Source of the DNA: an uncultured delta proteobacterium
GTDB lineage: Bacteria > Desulfobacterota > Syntrophia > Syntrophales > UBA2185
Assembly: GCA_963729715.1 (NCBI GenBank)
Contig: CAVSPA010000004.1
Location: 544,001 to 608,000 of the forward strand
Length of the DNA stretch: 64,000 nt
Reading direction: 5' to 3'
Shown here in pieces: positions 39,199 through 50,035 of this stretch. The position numbers and the translations under genes are program-made. The stretch's first letter is position 1, and every line of letters begins with the position of its first letter. Below the pieces are notes generated by a model. It ran no database searches. It was not told where the DNA came from and worked only from the letters and a program-made list of their open reading frames with translations.

Positions 39199-40188
39199 TC
39201 AAATTTTTATCGCCGCCCTGACCTCCTCCATCGTCACGCGGGCTTCGTTCGCCGCCCTGACATTCCCGTCCTCGATAATGTTCTTGACTTCATCGATATG
39301 CTTGCGAAAGTAGTCCTGCCGTTCATGGATGGGCCGCAAACCTTCTATTATGCGATCAGCAAGGCGCCTTTTGCAATCCGTGCAGCCTATGCCCGCCCTC
39401 TTGCATTCTGCTGATACTTCGCTCACAAACTCGGCCGGCGAATAGATTTGATGAAAAGTGAAAACGTTGCAGAGCTCCGGCCTGCCTGGATCACTTTTTC
39501 TCATGCGCTGAGGATCAGTAAACATGGCTTCAATTTTTGCCCTCAATTCATCCCCACGATCACTGATGTAAACGGCGTTATTGTAAGACTTGCTCATTTT
39601 TCTCCCGTCAATGCCGAGGAGTTTAGGAACATCTGCAAGCAAGGGCACCGGAATGGGAAATATTTCTCTGTAAAGAAAATTGAAGCGCCGTGCAATCTCC
39701 CTGGTTAGTTCCACGTGGGGAAGCTGATCGACACCCACGGGCACTCCGTGAGCCTTGTACATAATAATATCCGCTGCCTGGAGTACCGGATAACCCAAAA
39801 ATCCAAAGGTGGACAGGTCTTTTCCCGAGAGCTCCTCCTTCATTTCCTTATACGTGGGGTTTCTTTCCAGCCACGGGAGAGGCGTTATCATAGAGAGGAT
39901 TACGAAAAGTTCAGCATGCTCTTTTATGCGGGACTGGATAAACAAGGTGCTCTTTCCCGGGTCCAGGCCTACACTGAGCCAGTCAATACTCATATTGAGT
40001 ATATATTCTCTAATCATGTCCGTATTATTGTATTCACTGGTGAGCGCGTGCCAATCGGCAATAAAATAAAAACACTCATAATCACCGCTGTTCTGGAGAT
40101 CTATCCAGTTTTTGAGAGCCCCGTAAAGGTTTCCGAGATGCAGGTTACCTGTTGGACGCATGCCACTCAATATTCTCTTCTTTGCCAA
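39199..40188 (-). CDS. trpS: Tryptophan--tRNA ligase
   Basis: SGMRPTGNLHLGN, YPVLQAADI, KMSKS. Confidence 0.97.
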   Translation of the reverse strand: MAKKRILSGMRPTGNLHLGNLYGALKNWIDLQNSGDYECFYFIADWHALTSEYNNTDMIREYILNMSIDWLSVGLDPGKSTLFIQSRIKEHAELFVILSMITPLPWLERNPTYKEMKEELSGKDLSTFGFLGYPVLQAADIIMYKAHGVPVGVDQLPHVELTREIARRFNFLYREIFPIPVPLLADVPKLLGIDGRKMSKSYNNAVYISDRGDELRAKIEAMFTDPQRMRKSDPGRPELCNVFTFHQIYSPAEFVSEVSAECKRAGIGCTDCKRRLADRIIEGLRPIHERQDYFRKHIDEVKNIIEDGNVRAANEARVTMEEVRAAIKI

Positions 40189-40318
40189 TTCATATCCCTC
40201 AGGTTAGCTGCCAAGAATAGACCATGAAATATTTTAGCTTTGCTCAGGGCGCGGCTCGCCCACTTTATCATTTCATATGAGGTGCGGGTCTTCAAAGCCT
40301 TCATTCTTTTTGAAGAGG

Positions 40319-40347
40319 TTCATAACAAAAAGCAAAGTTCCTGTCAA
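40319..40347 (-). promoter_or_regulatory. Sigma70 promoter upstream of trpS
   Basis: TTGACA-17-TATGAA with extended TG. Confidence 0.5.
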
Positions 40348-40452
40348 TGCGCCATGATGCCCAAACGCCCCAAATTCCCCAAAATGCATTGAGGCCCCCG
40401 ATACTAAATAACCGGAGACCTCAATTGCAAGATGTCTTTATACTATGATCTT

Positions 40453-40725
40453 CTATTTGACTTTGTCTGCCAATTCCTTGCCTGCCTTGAATTTTACAAC
40501 TTTCTTGGCCGGTATCTTAATAGCCTTTCCAGTCTGCGGATTTCTTCCCTCTCTTGCCTTTCTTTTGACAACAGAGAAGGTGCCGAACCCTACGAGGCCC
40601 AATTTCCCGCTCTTCTTCAGCGTTTTGGTCACTGCACCTACATAAGCATCCAATGCCTTCGCCGCTGCCGCCTTGGTGATACCTGCCGCCCCTGCTATTA
40701 CCGCTATTAATTCTGTTTTCGTCAT
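40453..40725 (-). CDS. hup: DNA-binding protein HU
   Basis: GFGTFSV, REGRNPQTG, VKFKAGKEL. Confidence 0.93.
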   Translation of the reverse strand: MTKTELIAVIAGAAGITKAAAAKALDAYVGAVTKTLKKSGKLGLVGFGTFSVVKRKAREGRNPQTGKAIKIPAKKVVKFKAGKELADKVK

Positions 40726-41137
40726 TATCTAAAATCCCCTTTCAATAAAATATATTCCTAAAATAATCCTCTGCCGGTGGCGCAACCGTACCTGAGACGC
40801 CGCCGATCGATAACATTCGATGCTTGACGCTCACATACACTTTTTTTGTTATCATAAAGAAAAGCAGCAAGCAAGACAATTTTATCTTTCTTAAAGAATA
40901 TTCTCTTTGCAAACACCTGCGCACCGCGGGTTTGGAAGGCACGTACATTATGAACATGCACTAATCTCGCATCAAGAGGGACGGCTTTTGTGTTTCAGTT
41001 TTGGAATGTGCAAAAATGGGACTTCGACATATGGGTATCTGCGGCGGATGCCCCGGACATGCAGCCGTGTGGACTTACTATTATTTCGCCCTGGTTTCGC
41101 TATTTCATCAGCAAGGGACAACTAACGAGGGGCGGTT

Positions 41138-42391
41138 TCATTTGTCTGCACTGGTAACAGGCGGGACGCCTGTCCTGGCCTCTTTCTTTTTCACCAGGAA
41201 ATAGAGCTCGCCTGTTTCCTTAAGGCTGCCTGCCAGCATCTCCGCAGCGCTTCCCTTTCCACAAAACAGATCAACGCGGCCCGGCCCTTTGATCACGCCT
41301 CCGGCGTCCTGATTGAGGACAAACCGGGAAAAGGTCTCCCATGATTTTATGTTTCCGTCCTTATCAAATACGGGCTTTCGCAGCCTTATAAAGGCAAGAG
41401 CACCTTTCGGAAACAAGTCAAGGTCCGTCGCGATAGACCTTCCCGGGGTGAGGGTAAGACCGAGGGCGCCTATAGGGCCGTTTTCGACAATGCGAAAAAA
41501 TACATAGCTCTCATTGTAGTTGAAAATATCCGATAGTTCTTCGGGATGCTCCCTCAAGTATTTCTTTATTGACTGATGCGTCATCTCGCTCTTAGAAAGC
41601 TTTCCTTTATCGAGAAGATATCCTGCCATCTTGTTCGGGCGACCGTTCTTCTGGGCATAACTGACCTGCACGTAGCGCCCGTCAGTTAACTTTATTTCTC
41701 CCGAACCCTGGATGTGCATAAAAAATAAGTCAATGGGATCATTAACCCAGATAAGCTCCAAGTTCCTTCCCTTGAGAACTCCGGCCTTTTCAATGTCTGC
41801 CCTGTCAAAATATGGCACCAGTTCGCCGCTCTTTAATCTGCCGATAATTTTTTCATTCTTATATTTCTCACTGAATTTTCCCAAATTGGCAACTACTATG
41901 TCATCTGGGGTCTTGTATATCGGATACCTGTATTCATCCGTCCTTTCGAGGGAGCCTTGCAATACAGACTCAAAATATCCGGTAAAGAGTACCCTGCCCT
42001 GATCATCAACCCCGGTCGCTCTGTACAAGTCAAATGTATTCAGTATTTTTTTCTGTTTGACATCGTCCGAATCAGGACCGCTCAGAATTTTTCGAAATGC
42101 CAGGAGCGACTCTCTTAATTCCTTGCCTGTAACGTCACTGACGCCAATTCCATACGTATTATTCCCGGCAATTCCTTCATAGTACTCGAGACTTCTCCCG
42201 AGCGCCGTATCCAGTAACTCACCATCAAGATCATCCGCCAACGGGGGAATTTTATCGGGGGGAAGCAGTACAAGCGGGGGCAGAATCTTTTCCCGGGGTT
42301 TTCCAATTCCTGCCGTGCAGCCGACCGCCAAGAAGAAAATCATGAGAAGGCAGAGAATACGAAATGGTCCCACATGCACCTCAAAGTTCAA
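41138..42391 (-). CDS. mltA: Membrane-bound lytic murein transglycosylase A
   Basis: Lipobox AVGC, FTGYFE, FFMHIQGSG, NESYVFF, 3D domain SIATD...QDAGGVIKG..RVDLF. Confidence 0.92.
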   Translation of the reverse strand: MNFEVHVGPFRILCLLMIFFLAVGCTAGIGKPREKILPPLVLLPPDKIPPLADDLDGELLDTALGRSLEYYEGIAGNNTYGIGVSDVTGKELRESLLAFRKILSGPDSDDVKQKKILNTFDLYRATGVDDQGRVLFTGYFESVLQGSLERTDEYRYPIYKTPDDIVVANLGKFSEKYKNEKIIGRLKSGELVPYFDRADIEKAGVLKGRNLELIWVNDPIDLFFMHIQGSGEIKLTDGRYVQVSYAQKNGRPNKMAGYLLDKGKLSKSEMTHQSIKKYLREHPEELSDIFNYNESYVFFRIVENGPIGALGLTLTPGRSIATDLDLFPKGALAFIRLRKPVFDKDGNIKSWETFSRFVLNQDAGGVIKGPGRVDLFCGKGSAAEMLAGSLKETGELYFLVKKKEARTGVPPVTSADK

Positions 42392-42839
42392 TGATCATCG
42401 CCTCTTCGTCACAGTAGTCCGGATATTTGGAACATCTGAAGCAGTCCGACCAGATCTTCTCGGAAAGGGTCGACCGATCAACCTCTTTAAATCCAAGACG
42501 CTTAAAAAAATCGGGCCTGTTTGTAAGAGTAAACATTCTGTAAAAGCCGAGTGTAATGGCCTCGGAGATGCTTCCCTCAACGAGTTTCCTCGCTATTCCC
42601 CGCTTTCTGTATTTTTCCTCTACATAGAGAGAACGTATCTCCGCCAGGTTATCCCAGATGATGTTCATGGCACAGATGCCTGCAACGGCATTCTCATCTT
42701 CATCAAAATAGATAAAAAAATCCCGCAGGCTGCCGTATATATCCATCAGGGAGCGAGGAAGTATCTCACCTCTGCCTGATGACAGATTGATCATCCTATG
42801 TATCGTCTTTACGTCACTGACCCGGGCTTTTCTCAGCAT
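42381..42839 (-). CDS. GNAT N-acetyltransferase (short ArgA-like)
   Basis: LAEIRSLYV, RGIARKLV, LSEKIWSDC..C...C-DE. Confidence 0.85.
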   Translation of the reverse strand: MLRKARVSDVKTIHRMINLSSGRGEILPRSLMDIYGSLRDFFIYFDEDENAVAGICAMNIIWDNLAEIRSLYVEEKYRKRGIARKLVEGSISEAITLGFYRMFTLTNRPDFFKRLGFKEVDRSTLSEKIWSDCFRCSKYPDYCDEEAMIIEL

Positions 42840-44532
42840 CCTTTGCCCTTTCCCTGCGGGAGATCTCGATCATCTCCCGGGCATGTTCCTTGGTTTTCTT
42901 TGTGAGCTCCGCACCGCCAAGCATTCTCGCAATTTCATCGAGCCTGTCCTTGTCAGAAAGGGCATCTACGGAGGCAACTGTCCTCTCGCCGGAGACGGCT
43001 TTCACGACGCGGTAATGCCTGTCCCCAAAACAGGCAATCTGCGGCAGATGTGTTATGCACAGGATCTGGTGATGTTTCGCCACTCCCTTGAGCTTCTTGC
43101 CCACATCCTCCGCCGTCGCCCCGCCGATGCCGCTGTCCACCTCATCAAAGATTATTGTTCCCACAGAACCGGTCCTCGCGAGGATATTCTTCACGGCGAG
43201 CATGATGCGCGAAAGCTCGCCGCCGGAGGCAATACGGTTCAGCGGTTTCAATGCCTCTCCCACATTCGTGGCAAGAAAGAACTCAACTTCATCGATCCCT
43301 CTTGGATTAAATGGTGCGGATCCGTGATGATCATCCGGCGCCTTGAAGGTAATCTCAAAGGCAGCATTTTCCATCCTCAGCGAATGAATCTCCCCCTCTA
43401 TGGCCTTTTTGAGAACAGATGCTGTTTTCCGGCGTTTCTCGGACAGGTCGCGCGCCTTCTCGAGCAATCTCGGGCTGAGCGTTTCCAAGTCTTTCGACAT
43501 CCTCTCAATCTCGTCGTCCACGGACGAAATGGCCTTCAGTTCCTCCTCGATTTGCACTCTCTTCTGTAAGACATCTTCCAAAGAACGTCCGTACTTTCGC
43601 TTCAGCTTGCCCAGTAGCTCCAGGCGATCATCGATAATATCAAGCCTCGCAGGGTCGTATGACAGGTTCTTCATGTAGTCCCTGAGCGTTAAGGCAGTTT
43701 CTTCAAGCTGATAATATATATTATCCAAATCCCCGTCAGACAGTCTCAACCCTGTATCAATCTTCTTGATCTCCCTTATGTTCGCTATTGCGCCGCGAAA
43801 TTCTCCGAGGACGGAACCTGCTCTTCCATATAGTAGGTCATGGGCTCCGGTCGCGTAGTCCATCAGTTTCTGCACATTGTTTAAAACCTTTTTTTCTTCA
43901 AGGAGGGTCGCGTCCTCTCCCGGTCGAATTCCTGCGTCGTCAATATCCTTAAGTTGAAACCGGAGAAGGTCATCCCTCTCGCCTCTGGTCTTCTTGACGG
44001 ACAAAAACTCTCTGATCTTTTCCTTTAGAGAGAGATACTCTCCGTACATTTCCGCGTATTCCCGCCTGAGAGGAAGCAGATCGCCAAACTCATCCAGAAT
44101 ATCGATGTGGTTATCTGCATTCAAAATGACCTGGTGCTCGTGCTGGCCGCAGATGTTGATGAGAGATTCACTGATGGTGGAAAGCATGCCTAAGGTGGCC
44201 AACTGCCCGTCGATATACACACGGTTCTTCCCAGTCCGGGAAACGATCCTCTTGAGAATCAATTCCTTCCCCACGTGGAAACCCATTTCCCGTATCTTTT
44301 TCTTCAGATCATCTTTCTCGCCGATGTCAAAAAGGGCCTCAACTGTCGCCGATTCTTCGAAGGACCGGATCATATCCGCAGAGGCCCGTTCCCCGAGAAG
44401 GAGGCTTACGGCACCTATGATAATAGACTTCCCCGCCCCGGTCTCTCCGGTAATAACATTCAGACCATCGGCAAAAGAGACCTTCATTTCATCGATGATG
44501 GCAAAATTTCTGATGCTGAGTTCCGTTAGCAT
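42814..44532 (-). CDS. recN: DNA repair protein RecN
   Basis: TGETGAGKS, GQHEHQ, ASGGELSR, FDEVDSG, CITHLPQIA. Confidence 0.97.
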   Translation of the reverse strand: MLTELSIRNFAIIDEMKVSFADGLNVITGETGAGKSIIIGAVSLLLGERASADMIRSFEESATVEALFDIGEKDDLKKKIREMGFHVGKELILKRIVSRTGKNRVYIDGQLATLGMLSTISESLINICGQHEHQVILNADNHIDILDEFGDLLPLRREYAEMYGEYLSLKEKIREFLSVKKTRGERDDLLRFQLKDIDDAGIRPGEDATLLEEKKVLNNVQKLMDYATGAHDLLYGRAGSVLGEFRGAIANIREIKKIDTGLRLSDGDLDNIYYQLEETALTLRDYMKNLSYDPARLDIIDDRLELLGKLKRKYGRSLEDVLQKRVQIEEELKAISSVDDEIERMSKDLETLSPRLLEKARDLSEKRRKTASVLKKAIEGEIHSLRMENAAFEITFKAPDDHHGSAPFNPRGIDEVEFFLATNVGEALKPLNRIASGGELSRIMLAVKNILARTGSVGTIIFDEVDSGIGGATAEDVGKKLKGVAKHHQILCITHLPQIACFGDRHYRVVKAVSGERTVASVDALSDKDRLDEIARMLGGAELTKKTKEHAREMIEISRRERAKDAEKSPGQ

Positions 44533-44533
44533 G

Positions 44534-45415
44534 TTACAGATTATTTGTTCCCGTGGGCGATCCACCCCAGCCAAGCTTCGTACGCAGGATCTCCATGTAG
44601 TCCCTGTGAGGTGACGACACGAGATTAGTCACATATGGGGATTTCCTGATGATTACACTGTCGCCTGATTTCATGGTATAAGATACCTGTCCATCAAGGG
44701 TTACCGTCGCACCCTCTCCCTTCGTCCACATGATTACCTTTATCTCCGCATTATTAGGGATAATGATCGGACGATTCGTGAGAGTAAAGGGACATATGGG
44801 ATTTATGATGAAGGAGTCCTGTTCAGGAAAAACGATGGGGCCACCTGCGGACAGGGAATGCGCTGTGGAACCCGTCGGGGTGGAAATGATGATACCATCG
44901 GCCCTGAAGGTTGTCAGATATTTGTTATTAACCGTTGTTTCGAGATTGAGGATGCGTGAAAGATTCCCGCGGGTAATCACTACGTCATTTAAGATGCTCT
45001 GTTCCCTGATGGTTTCCTTTCCCGAAAAAATCGTTATATCCAGCATCATCCGTTTTTCCGTCTGGTAATCGCCTTTGACGATCAATTCCAGCGCGCTTAT
45101 CATCTCACTCAGATTGACCTCTGTCAGATAGCCGAACTCTCCGAGATTGATGCCGACGACGGGGATGTCATACTGACTGACAAAACGCACTGTCCTGAGG
45201 ATGGTTCCGTCTCCGCCCAATACAACCAGAAGATCTACCCGCGCTGCCAGCGTTCTTCTATCCATACCTTCACCCGCACCGATCTTCCGGGCAATTCCCT
45301 CCTCTAAAAACACCTGGATCCCTTTTTTCGTGGCCCAGTCTCTCAGCTCTATGGTACAATTATCTGATTGCTCTTTCTCGACATTTGCAATTATACCGAT
45401 CTTCTCGATGCTCAT
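44534..45415 (-). CDS. nadK: NAD kinase
   Basis: LGGDGT, ND, DGIIISTPTGSTA, SAGGP. Confidence 0.96.
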   Translation of the reverse strand: MSIEKIGIIANVEKEQSDNCTIELRDWATKKGIQVFLEEGIARKIGAGEGMDRRTLAARVDLLVVLGGDGTILRTVRFVSQYDIPVVGINLGEFGYLTEVNLSEMISALELIVKGDYQTEKRMMLDITIFSGKETIREQSILNDVVITRGNLSRILNLETTVNNKYLTTFRADGIIISTPTGSTAHSLSAGGPIVFPEQDSFIINPICPFTLTNRPIIIPNNAEIKVIMWTKGEGATVTLDGQVSYTMKSGDSVIIRKSPYVTNLVSSPHRDYMEILRTKLGWGGSPTGTNNL

Positions 45416-45683
45416 GGAAACCTCTGCTGCGATTTTGAGATTTTTCTATCACAAAATCAGATGGGTGTCTATGTGCAGATTTCATACCTGGAAATACACG
45501 AAAGGAGAAAATTACCGAGCACAAGATAGTGGACCAACATCTATTGACTGCCGGCGGAAAAGTTAAATGAGGGGCAATGATCGTCTTTCAGATCAGTGCT
45601 GCATTGAAAGGGGCCTATTTTTTGCGACCAAACCGTTGATCTATTTTCATCCCCCAATTCATCATGTTCATTAGATGCCGGTT

Positions 45684-48581
45684 CTAAGAATCAGGGGCTT
45701 CAGCTTTCGTGAGCTCACCCTTTATCGCAAGACCAATCCTTTCCAGCAAATACGGTTTCCTGACATAGGCGCCCGCCCCGAGCTCCAGGGCCTTCTTTAC
45801 ACGCTCCGTCTCCGAAAAACCGCTCACTATTATTGCCTTCTGCTTCGGGTTGATGGCGAGAATCCGCCGGTACGTCTCCAGTCCGTCCATCCCGGGGTCC
45901 ATGATCATGTCCAGTACAATGAGATCAGCCTTATGCGAACTGAGGTAGGCAACCGCCTCCTCTCCGCTCGAAACAGCCTCTACCCTGTAGCACAGCCTCG
46001 TCAACATGCTACCTGCCACCTCACGCTGCTCCTTCACATCATCCACCACCAGAATCGTTTCACCCTTGCCCATGTAATGCTCAGGAGATGTCTTCTGCTC
46101 TTCCCCGGTCAGCTCCTCCCTCGTGGCCGGCAGGTAGATCGTGAAAGTGCTCCCTCTCCCATCCTCGCTTTGCACATCTATGTACCCGTCATGATCCTTC
46201 ACCGTTCCCCACACAACTGCAAGTCCCAAGCCTGTCCCGCTTCTCCCCATGACCTTCTTCGTATAGAAGGGTTCGAATATCTTCTTGATGTCAGAAGCGG
46301 AGATACCCCTGCCGTTGTCCGATACCGTCAGAACCACATAATCCCCTTCCCGCACATCATCATAGCCCCCGATGGGTTTATCGATGTAGCAGTTCTTCGT
46401 CCGAATTATCACTTCCCCCTCGTCGGATATGGCCTCTGACGCATTCGAGACAAGATTCATTATGGTCTTCCCCAAGTGAACCTGAGACCCTTTGATATTC
46501 AATAGACCCTTCTCAAGATCGGCCTTGAGACTCACAGATGGATGATGCGCCTTAAGCTTCTCAAATTCCGGGGTCTCCAAAAAGTCCTCAATCACGCGAT
46601 TGAGATTTACAACCTCCGAAACAGCCACACCCCGTCTGGCCAGTGTCAAGAGGTCCTGAATGATCGTCGCACCCCTCTCACTGGATTGTAGAATGCCCGA
46701 AGCGTAACTTCTTAGGGGATTTCCTTCCGGTAATCTTTCCAGGAGCAATTCCGAATAACCCACAAGAACCCCCAGGACATTGTTTAGATCATGAGCGACA
46801 CCGCCCGCGAGGGTCCCCAGTGCCTCCATCTTTTCGGCGCGGTTCAAGCGGTGCTCCAGTTGCTGACGTTCCGCCTCTGCCTCTTTGCGCTCTGTGATGT
46901 CTTTCGAAACAACTGTTACGGCAGTCGTTCTTCTTCCCGGCCTTCTTACGGGTGTAAATGTCCGGAGGAAATATTTATTATCTTTTTGGCTCCCATGCTC
47001 GCATAATAAAAATTCACCGGTCTCGAATACTTTCTGAACACTCTTCGTAAATGCTATCGTGTCCGCCTCTGAATGGAGGTCCGCATAGCTTCGGGCAATT
47101 ACCTCTTCTTGTGGGAGCCCCAGCCGCTGCAAATGTTTCTCATTCATAAACAGGTACCTGCAGTCACGGTCAATAAGATACATTGAATCTTCAGTCGAAG
47201 CGAGCGAGCGATATTTCTCCTCCGACTCGCGGAGTGCCTCATCGGCAAGCCTGCGCTCCGTGATATCACGTGCAAGACAGCGAAATCCCAGAGGCTGGCC
47301 GTTATGATCACGTATCAGAGACGCAGATATCTCAAGCGTTATAACGACACCGTCCTTTGTTATAATATCGAAATCAGCGACCTTCGCAGATTTTCCTGTT
47401 CCATATATCTCACGGAAAATCTCAAACATCCGGTTGGCCGCTTCCGGTTTGCTATAGCGCTGGTAATTCATGCCAAGGAGTTCTTCCGGTAAGTACTTTA
47501 GCGTTCGCTGGGCTGCATGGTTGAAAAAAATCATTTCCCCCGATAGATTGAGCTCAAAATAAGCATCTTCAATGCTTTCCAGGATCGTACGATATTTTTT
47601 CTCACTCTCCCTTACCGTCTCTTCTGCCTGTTTGCGATCCGTTATGTCACGCGAGATGCCACGATAACTGCGAAGATTCCCTTCCCAGTCAAATATTGGC
47701 ACACCGCTCGTCTCAAGCACCACTTCCCGCCCGTCTTTACATAAATTTATATTCTCTAATCCAGCAAAAGGCTCGTGTGACTCTATTATCACATCTGTTA
47801 ATTTCGTTAGTCTTTGCGCCTCATCCGGCGGCATAAAATCCCACGGCTTTTTTCCTAATACCTCATCCGGTTCATATCCGAGCAGTGCCTTGACTTTAGG
47901 ACTCGCATAGGTAAAGACGGCGTTCTCGTTGACCTCCCATACCCAGTCGCTGGTTGTTTCTACGAGGGAACGAAAGCGCTCCTCGCTCGCCCTGAGGGCC
48001 GCCTCCGTTTTCTTTCGTTCGGTGATTTCTCGCTGTAGCGCCAGATTTGTTTTTCTCAGCTCCACCGTACGCTCCGCAACCATCTGCTGGAGTCTGGCAG
48101 TCATATGCTGACTTTGATCTTCGATATTCTTACGATCCGTGATATCGCGACCGACGCCGATGACTCCGAAGAGCTTCCCGTTCGGCCCATAATAAGGAGT
48201 TCTGCACATTTCTATCAATACGCGTTTTCCATCCGGGTACGAAATCCACTCTTCATCGTACCGAGTCTTTTCATGGGCCAACGTCATCTGGTCGTTTCGA
48301 TGATATAGCTCCGCTTCCACGAGCGGGAAAATATCAAAATCCGTCTTACCAATTATTTCATCCTTGGCGAGCCCCACACGTAGTGCGAATGCCGTATTAC
48401 AATCCAGATATATTTCCTCAGCATCCTTGCAAAACATAATGTCCGGGATGGAATCAATCAAGCTGCTGAGAAAACATTTTTGCAGCATAAATTTTGAAAG
48501 CGAGTCCCCACAAAATTCTCGCGCAATATTGATTTCGTCTCGTGTAACTATACGCTTTGCTTCTAACATCCAAATCACCAT
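45684..48581 (-). CDS. Cytoplasmic hybrid sensor histidine kinase (four PAS/PAC, HK, receiver)
   Basis: Four PAC ends (DITDRK, DITDRK, DITERR, DITERK), H-box AHDLNN, FEPFYTKK, GTGLGL, receiver VVDD...LDMIM. Confidence 0.95.
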   Translation of the reverse strand: MVIWMLEAKRIVTRDEINIAREFCGDSLSKFMLQKCFLSSLIDSIPDIMFCKDAEEIYLDCNTAFALRVGLAKDEIIGKTDFDIFPLVEAELYHRNDQMTLAHEKTRYDEEWISYPDGKRVLIEMCRTPYYGPNGKLFGVIGVGRDITDRKNIEDQSQHMTARLQQMVAERTVELRKTNLALQREITERKKTEAALRASEERFRSLVETTSDWVWEVNENAVFTYASPKVKALLGYEPDEVLGKKPWDFMPPDEAQRLTKLTDVIIESHEPFAGLENINLCKDGREVVLETSGVPIFDWEGNLRSYRGISRDITDRKQAEETVRESEKKYRTILESIEDAYFELNLSGEMIFFNHAAQRTLKYLPEELLGMNYQRYSKPEAANRMFEIFREIYGTGKSAKVADFDIITKDGVVITLEISASLIRDHNGQPLGFRCLARDITERRLADEALRESEEKYRSLASTEDSMYLIDRDCRYLFMNEKHLQRLGLPQEEVIARSYADLHSEADTIAFTKSVQKVFETGEFLLCEHGSQKDNKYFLRTFTPVRRPGRRTTAVTVVSKDITERKEAEAERQQLEHRLNRAEKMEALGTLAGGVAHDLNNVLGVLVGYSELLLERLPEGNPLRSYASGILQSSERGATIIQDLLTLARRGVAVSEVVNLNRVIEDFLETPEFEKLKAHHPSVSLKADLEKGLLNIKGSQVHLGKTIMNLVSNASEAISDEGEVIIRTKNCYIDKPIGGYDDVREGDYVVLTVSDNGRGISASDIKKIFEPFYTKKVMGRSGTGLGLAVVWGTVKDHDGYIDVQSEDGRGSTFTIYLPATREELTGEEQKTSPEHYMGKGETILVVDDVKEQREVAGSMLTRLCYRVEAVSSGEEAVAYLSSHKADLIVLDMIMDPGMDGLETYRRILAINPKQKAIIVSGFSETERVKKALELGAGAYVRKPYLLERIGLAIKGELTKAEAPDS

Positions 48582-48639
48582 TCAATTTACCTTGAATCTT
48601 CTTTTTCTCGAGAAGATCCAGAGGTTCAACCTATATAAA

Positions 48640-48655
48640 AGCAAAAAGCATACCT
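48640..48655 (-). promoter_or_regulatory. Candidate sigma54 promoter for the hybrid kinase
   Basis: Minus strand AGGTATGCTTTTTGCT (GG-N10-GC), with an IHF consensus match at 48784-48796. Confidence 0.5.
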
Positions 48656-49546
48656 CCGCCGAGCATAAATGCACCCCCACATGGTTCAACTCTCAATTGT
48701 CTATGAAAGAAAGCAGATTGCCGAATTGCACGGCACTGCGAGACGAATTTGCCGAGGTTGTATTCAGAATAGTTTCATATATGTAAGATATTGATTTATG
48801 GATGTATTGATCAGAAACGATACAACTTCGAGACGTCTATTATTGTTAATGGGTTCGTACAACCGAGGGGAAAATCCAACTCCGTACAGCCCAAGTCAGC
48901 GCAATAACCAAAAAGCAGCGGCCGTTAAAGTAGATGAAAATACCGACCTCCGCGGATGAAATTGATACGGCAATTTTTTCTGCCGCGTTCGTAAGACCGT
49001 GATTTATTTTCCACCTTCGTTCCTATCCATCCCGGTCAGTCCGGAAGGGTTATTTGAGAGTGAAATAAATGAAGCAATCCACTCGCAAAACCGGCGATGC
49101 TAATCGTACTTCCCCCCTTGCATGAGCTCACGGCTCTATCGAATTCACTTGACAGTTTTTCGACCTTGATGTTAGCTAAAAAAACGATATGCGAAACGAT
49201 GGTCAAAACAGTAATGACAGGTTTTTGATGAGGGCTTTTGTCGCAGCGCTTATGGCATCCGTTTGCCTCAATGCCTGCAGCCAGGTGTCAACAAGCTTAT
49301 CCACATCCCGGTTCATCTTTGTCCGTATCAGCCGACTAAATATATACGGAATTAGACATCATGATAGGATGCGTGGAAGGGTGAGGAGAATCCGGTGGTC
49401 TTGGCTCCAGGAGTTCCTCCTTTTGATCTATTAGGAAGGATTAATCCGTGAATCTCAAAGATTAACTGTCCCGGTAATCAGAAGATTGGGCATCGATGAA
49501 TAGGCGGCCAAACATCTGCAGCAACTTTCGCTGTACTCAATTTCTT

Positions 49547-49852
49547 TCACCGAGTGGATGACCCTTCGGTCTCAGGACCTTCTTCCACCGCCGTGGGCTG
49601 CAGTTCTCTGGTCGGGGCCTTGCCTCGCATGCGGACACCACTGAAATCCCCGATTGGTCTCGTAAAAGTAAAATTGAATGGTTCTGCGACGAGCGCCCGT
49701 GCCGTAGGGCCGACACTCTGGCTCGGTATGGAAAACGGTAATGAGACGACGAAAACTGCCGTGCCAACAACTGTTGCAGCCAGACTCATCGGTCTGACAA
49801 GCAGGATATCCACTGTGGCGTCAAAAACCTGATCGTTCCCCAAAGCGGGCAT
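49547..49852 (-). CDS. Small conserved hypothetical membrane protein
   Basis: D-x3-VRP...LPFS...P-x3-TFTRP-x-G pattern typical of a widespread proteobacterial family; no clear signal peptide. Confidence 0.65.
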   Translation of the reverse strand: MPALGNDQVFDATVDILLVRPMSLAATVVGTAVFVVSLPFSIPSQSVGPTARALVAEPFNFTFTRPIGDFSGVRMRGKAPTRELQPTAVEEGPETEGSSTR

Positions 49853-50035
49853 GATTTTTTATATTGCAGTTTGTTCTTATGGCACTTATATTGTCTTCGT
49901 CGTGTTTCGGCAGAGACAGGATATTAACTCTATTCCGACCTAAATCTGTCTGAGATATTTCCTGAGAGCAAATACAAAATGGTGACACCAACCGATTCGT
50001 ATAATAATCGCACCGAGAAGTCGGCAAACCAATCT

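Noticed and set aside
49189..49434. 81-aa plus-strand ORF and short minus-strand frames after an AGGAGG
   Set aside because: No recognisable domain and frames are interrupted; at most a decayed gene remnant that I cannot support.
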